Assembly: GCA_947040495.1 (NCBI GenBank)
Contig: CAMRBQ010000007.1
Location: 4,623-68,622, forward strand
Length of the DNA: 64,000 bases
Source: an uncultured Spirochaetia bacterium
Lineage (GTDB): Bacteria > Spirochaetota > Brachyspiria > Brachyspirales > Brachyspiraceae
Direction of reading: 5' to 3'
A program made the translations under genes and the position numbers. The notes under the pieces were generated by a model. It was not told the DNA's origin. It ran no database searches and saw only the letters and a list, made by a program, of their open reading frames with translations. Every line of letters begins with the position of its first letter. Position 1 is the stretch's first letter. Of this stretch, positions 60,142 through 64,000 are shown piece by piece.

Positions 60142-60184
60142 ATTACTTCTATTATATAGCTGGATATATTTTTATATTGTGAAA

Positions 60185-61510
60185 TTAAACCCCATGCACA
60201 TATCTTCGGATTTCTATATTAAATATTAATCCAACAGCAATAGAGAAAGTCCAAATGGAAGAGCCCCCACTACTAATAAAAGGCAATGTAAGACCTGTTA
60301 CAGGCATCATTCCTAATACCATACCTATATTTATGACGATATGGAATAAAAACATAGTTGCAATACCAGAAACCATTATAGATCCTAGTCTATCCTTTGA
60401 GCGGTACGCTATAATGCAGGCTGAGATAAGGATTATAGCATATGCTAGTAATACTAGACTACTACCAAGGAATCCCCATTCTTCACTTATATTTGAAAAG
60501 ATAAAGTCATTGACCTGTTGCGGTATAAAATTTAATTGAGATTGACTTCCTTGAAGAAAGCCTTTGCCAAAGAAGCCACCACTACCAACCGCTATTAATG
60601 CTTGAATAATATTATATCCAGATGACAGCCTTTTTAAATCGGGATTTATAAAAACGAGTAGCCTTTGTTTTTGATAATCATGAAGTCCTTTATCAAGTAC
60701 AATGGCAGAAACCATGCCTAAAAATAGAACAAAAAATATGAATGTTATAAATGCTATACGTGAATTGTTCATATAAAAATTTATTATAAAAAGAAGTAGT
60801 GATATAAAAAAGAACATGCCAGCAAGGTATGCTATATATGAACTATGAGAGAAAAAAGCGAACAATATATTATCTACAGATTCTGATATACGAGAATGCT
60901 CTAAAAACATTGGTATTGAAAGCCCAATAATACCAATAAAAGCAATCGATATTAAATATTTAAGTTGTGCACCTGCTACAAATAACATTGTTAATACTAT
61001 TGCAATATAAACCAAAGTCGTTCCCAAATCAGGTTGCATAAGTATTAAACCCATAGGTATGCCAGCTATTACAAATGACAAAAACAAATATTTAAACGAT
61101 TTAATTTTATCGCCTATATCATTAAGATATCCTGCTAAAATAACAATAAGTGCTATCTTACCAAACTCTGATGGCTGTACAACACCAAATAGCCAACGAT
61201 TACTACCATTTATAGTTTTTCCAAAGAAGGGTAGTAATACTAGTATTAATGATATAACCATAGGGATATATAGCATCATTTTATGTTCTGCTATTTTTGT
61301 ATAATTTATAAATACAGTAAGCCCCATAATAATAAGACCAGTAGAACAAAAAAATATATATTTTAAAAATAACCAATTTAAATTTTCTGCATCAGCATTA
61401 TATGTACTTGAATATATAGCAGTAGCACCTGTGACCATAAGAAATAATATACATATTAATATTTTGAAATCAAAGATAAAAAGTCTTCTATTTTTTTTAT
61501 TTTCTGACAT
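60185..61510 (-). CDS. rodA: SEDS-family peptidoglycan glycosyltransferase RodA
   Basis: 441-aa polytopic FtsW/RodA family protein (QPSEFGK, LMQPDLGT, PFISSGGSS). It lies directly downstream of mrdA. Confidence 0.9.
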   Translation of the reverse strand: MSENKKNRRLFIFDFKILICILFLMVTGATAIYSSTYNADAENLNWLFLKYIFFCSTGLIIMGLTVFINYTKIAEHKMMLYIPMVISLILVLLPFFGKTINGSNRWLFGVVQPSEFGKIALIVILAGYLNDIGDKIKSFKYLFLSFVIAGIPMGLILMQPDLGTTLVYIAIVLTMLFVAGAQLKYLISIAFIGIIGLSIPMFLEHSRISESVDNILFAFFSHSSYIAYLAGMFFFISLLLFIINFYMNNSRIAFITFIFFVLFLGMVSAIVLDKGLHDYQKQRLLVFINPDLKRLSSGYNIIQALIAVGSGGFFGKGFLQGSQSQLNFIPQQVNDFIFSNISEEWGFLGSSLVLLAYAIILISACIIAYRSKDRLGSIMVSGIATMFLFHIVINIGMVLGMMPVTGLTLPFISSGGSSIWTFSIAVGLIFNIEIRRYVHGV

Positions 61511-61602
61511 AATTTATTATTATATCCTTATGTTTTTTATAATATCATTAAAATCGTCAATCTCAATTATACTCTAGTAAATTATAATTTTAGTATTTAT
61601 AA

Positions 61603-63603
61603 TTAGTTTTGAGTTTCTAACTTTTGAGCTTCTAATTTCTGAGCTTCTAACTTCTGAGCTTCTAACTTCTGAGCTTCTAACTTTTCTTGAGCTTTTTGTA
61701 TTTGTAGATTCTGCAATGCCCTTTGCTCTCTACCTCTTTGTCTAATTGTGTTCATACGACTATATATAGAATCCCTAACATCTACAGGGTCTTCTTCAAG
61801 AAATATTGACCTTAACATAGCAGTCGCAATAGGGGCAGCATTTAGTCCACCACCACCACGGTGTTCAAGTAAAACAGTAACCGCTATAATTTCATCATTT
61901 GGTCCATCGCTATATGGCGCAAATGCTGTAGTCCATGAATGGTCACGTCCTTGGTCATTTTCTGTAGTTCCAGTTTTTGCTGCTATTCGTAAATTTGGAG
62001 ACCATGCCCCTGTTCTTGCAGTTCCACTCTCAACAACTAAACGCATCCCTTTTTTTACAATACGGTATATGTATGGATCTATTTGGGTGTCATTTACTAG
62101 TATGCCATCATTATTAAGAATAATTTCATCTGTTTGAGAGCTTCTTATTTCCTTTACAACATGTGGTTTATATAGTGTCCCTTCATTTACGATAGTAGAA
62201 GTCATATTATGTAAAGCGATAGGTGTTACATTTATATAGCCCTGTCCCATAACATATTGTATAGTATCTCCATCCCACCAGTATTCACCGATACGTCTTC
62301 GTTTCCAATCTGCCGAAGGTATTGTACTCAGTTTTTCACCGGGCAAATCTACACCTGTGTAATCCCCAATGCCTAATATTTCAGAATATTTTTTTAAGAA
62401 GTTAGGACCAACTTCATAACCAAGCTCATAAAAATATGTATTACAAGAATATTGTATTGCTTTATATATATTTAGACTCCCATGTCTGCCTGTACATCGA
62501 TAAAATCTATTTTCTAATAACATACCACCATTACAATATTTATATGTTTTGCTATTTATTTTGCCCTCATGTAATGCCCCTACAGCACTTACAAGTTTAA
62601 ATGTAGAACCAGGTGCATATCTACCTCGTATTGCTTTATTCCAAAATGGGTGATTGGGGTCATTTATAAGCTTAGAGTATTCATTCTTGTTTATTCCACC
62701 AATAAATATATTAGGGTCATACCAAGGGGAACTCACCATAGCTAGTATTTCACCAGTAGCGGGTCTTGATACTATAATAGTACCATTTATATCTCTAAGT
62801 AAATTTTCTGCATCGCGTTGTATTTTTGAATCTATAGTAAGTATAAGTTTTTTGCCCGGCACAGGATTTCCAGAGGCTGGTGTTAAAACTTGTTGTACTC
62901 GACTTCTTGAATCTACTATCCATTGAACATATCCATCTATACCTCGAAGCTCTTTATCATAAAATAGTTCAACACCCTCTTTACCAACAAGACTGTCATG
63001 TCTATAGCCTTCTTCTCTTTTTGCTTCATATTCATCAGGGGATATATTACCGACATATCCAAGTACATGTGTCATTGTATCGCCTAATGGATATCGTCTT
63101 ATTGCCTTACTGCCATAATAAACACCGGGATATAAATGTGAATTTTCTGCCAAAAATGATATTTCTTTCATAGTTATATCGTCTGTAATTTCAATAGTTT
63201 CATAACTATAATTACCAACTTTTTTGACAGCATTTTTTATATAACCCAAGTCTAGTGAAAACTCTTTTGCTACTCGATGTAAAAGCTCTTCCCTTTCAAA
63301 GTAATTTTTTGGCAGATATACGGGAATAATACTTAATGTATAGGTTTTTATATTCTCTACAACAGGGATACCATTTCTGTCATAGACCTCTCCACGGAAT
63401 GCCGTTACAGGGACAATTTGTTCTTTATTATTTCTTGCAAGTTTATCATAATATTGATTTCTTATTATCTGTAAATAAAATAGTCTAATAGTAAATATTG
63501 AAATAGCCAATGAAACAGCTATAATCAGTACTATTATTTTCTTTTTGATGGACATATCATCATTTGATTTATTGTCCTTTTTATTTAATTCTAAATAACT
63601 CAT
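61603..63603 (-). CDS. mrdA: Penicillin-binding protein 2 (elongasome transpeptidase) with a C-terminal (KLEAQ)n repeat tail
   Basis: Transpeptidase motifs STFK, SCN and KTGT; N-terminal membrane anchor; 666 aa. Confidence 0.92.
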   Translation of the reverse strand: MSYLELNKKDNKSNDDMSIKKKIIVLIIAVSLAISIFTIRLFYLQIIRNQYYDKLARNNKEQIVPVTAFRGEVYDRNGIPVVENIKTYTLSIIPVYLPKNYFEREELLHRVAKEFSLDLGYIKNAVKKVGNYSYETIEITDDITMKEISFLAENSHLYPGVYYGSKAIRRYPLGDTMTHVLGYVGNISPDEYEAKREEGYRHDSLVGKEGVELFYDKELRGIDGYVQWIVDSRSRVQQVLTPASGNPVPGKKLILTIDSKIQRDAENLLRDINGTIIVSRPATGEILAMVSSPWYDPNIFIGGINKNEYSKLINDPNHPFWNKAIRGRYAPGSTFKLVSAVGALHEGKINSKTYKYCNGGMLLENRFYRCTGRHGSLNIYKAIQYSCNTYFYELGYEVGPNFLKKYSEILGIGDYTGVDLPGEKLSTIPSADWKRRRIGEYWWDGDTIQYVMGQGYINVTPIALHNMTSTIVNEGTLYKPHVVKEIRSSQTDEIILNNDGILVNDTQIDPYIYRIVKKGMRLVVESGTARTGAWSPNLRIAAKTGTTENDQGRDHSWTTAFAPYSDGPNDEIIAVTVLLEHRGGGGLNAAPIATAMLRSIFLEEDPVDVRDSIYSRMNTIRQRGREQRALQNLQIQKAQEKLEAQKLEAQKLEAQKLEAQKLETQN
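61609..61683. repeat. Five tandem 15-bp units (tgagcttctaacttc) encoding the KLEAQ pentapeptide repeats of PBP2
   Basis: Read directly from the sequence. The two central units are identical and the outer units differ by 1-2 nt. Confidence 0.9.
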
Positions 63604-63764
63604 TTTTTATTCTTCTAATCGAAATATATTTTTATATTATATAATATCGTTTATTTTAATGTAAATCAACATATATATATTATTTTTTATCTTATTTATT
63701 CAAAACCGAGTATATAGTATAAGTGTAAAATAAATAGGAATCTAAATTAAAAATTATGTTTATT

Positions 63765-64000
63765 TTAAGATTTTTTTTGATAGTACCAGTTAGCATCTTC
63801 AAGCATTTGCCATGCTTTGTTTGGTGTCAATCCTCTGCTTGTTTCTGTGTTGCTCGATGTATCCCTAGGGTTTGAGCCATACTCTGCATACAATTGATTT
63901 ATACCAGCAAGCAATGACATCTGTATAGACTCATGGGCATTCATAGAAAGACTAGGTTTTACTATTATATTTGTAGCAGCGGCTATTTTTGTAAGCTCTA
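63765..64000 (-). CDS. C-terminal 77 codons of an unidentified protein (5' part beyond the window end)
   Basis: Own translation ...ELTKIAAATNIIVKPSLSMNAHESIQMSLLAGINQLYAEYGSNPRDTSSNTETSRGLTPNKAWQMLEDANWYYQKKS with its stop at 63767-63765. No family recognised. Confidence 0.35.
   Translation of the reverse strand, partial: ELTKIAAATNIIVKPSLSMNAHESIQMSLLAGINQLYAEYGSNPRDTSSNTETSRGLTPNKAWQMLEDANWYYQKKS

Noticed and set aside
59880-60182. 100-aa plus-strand ORF (and 59477..59839) between the dehydrogenase pseudogene and rodA
   Set aside because: The opposite strand carries recognisable ROK-family sequence (wHTH and sugar-kinase-like segments) broken by stops and frameshifts. The plus-strand ORFs are its antisense shadow.

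Overview
Strongly AT-rich chromosomal window from an anaerobic, diderm, chemotactic bacterium. Markers are LptB, RodA/PBP2, CheW and a rubredoxin/flavodiiron/SOR/rubrerythrin operon. I cannot place the taxon by eye. All calls rest on reading the supplied translations and the DNA; no searches were run. Layout: (1) 0-3.8 kb housekeeping genes: a URO-D-family gene fragment, a Spy/CpxP-like secreted protein, ispD, lptB and adk. (2) 3.9-19.9 kb: two convergent operons resembling the E. coli ygeV-ygfQ 'selenium-dependent molybdenum hydroxylase' purine-catabolism locus. The plus operon is a YheO-like regulator, dpaL/ygeX, an NCS2 permease, ssnA, a hydantoinase, a fused Fe-S/Mo xanthine dehydrogenase, yqeB and ygfJ. 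The minus operon is ridA, ygeY, a Na+/solute symporter and a D-aminoacylase. (3) 20.2-22.6 kb: an oxidative-stress operon behind a sigma70-like promoter and a perfect 10-3-10 palindrome. (4) A lipoprotein, mnmG, a DUF2314-type protein, an MBL hydrolase, cheW, hemerythrin, an acyl-ACP thioesterase, tRNA-Arg and tRNA-Ser. (5) 33.6-52.1 kb: the str-S10-spc-alpha ribosomal superoperon, then rho. (6) A DegT-type aminotransferase, folC and a DUF305 protein. (7) A decayed ~2.1 kb islet (frameshifted sorbitol-dehydrogenase-like gene and a ROK regulator pseudogene) flanked by direct repeats of the rodA 3' end, then rodA-mrdA. The most unusual content is three paralogous RadC/JAB-like genes (25.8, 31.1 and 53.8 kb). 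Each is convergent with, and starts within a few nt of, the 3' end of a conserved gene (mnmG, tRNA-Ser, rho). Each is associated with copies of a conserved non-coding repeat (core CTTAAGTTGCACATTATAAT) that brackets cassettes 1 and 2 in inverted orientation. I saw no CRISPR array, rRNA, transposase, integrase or phage genes.
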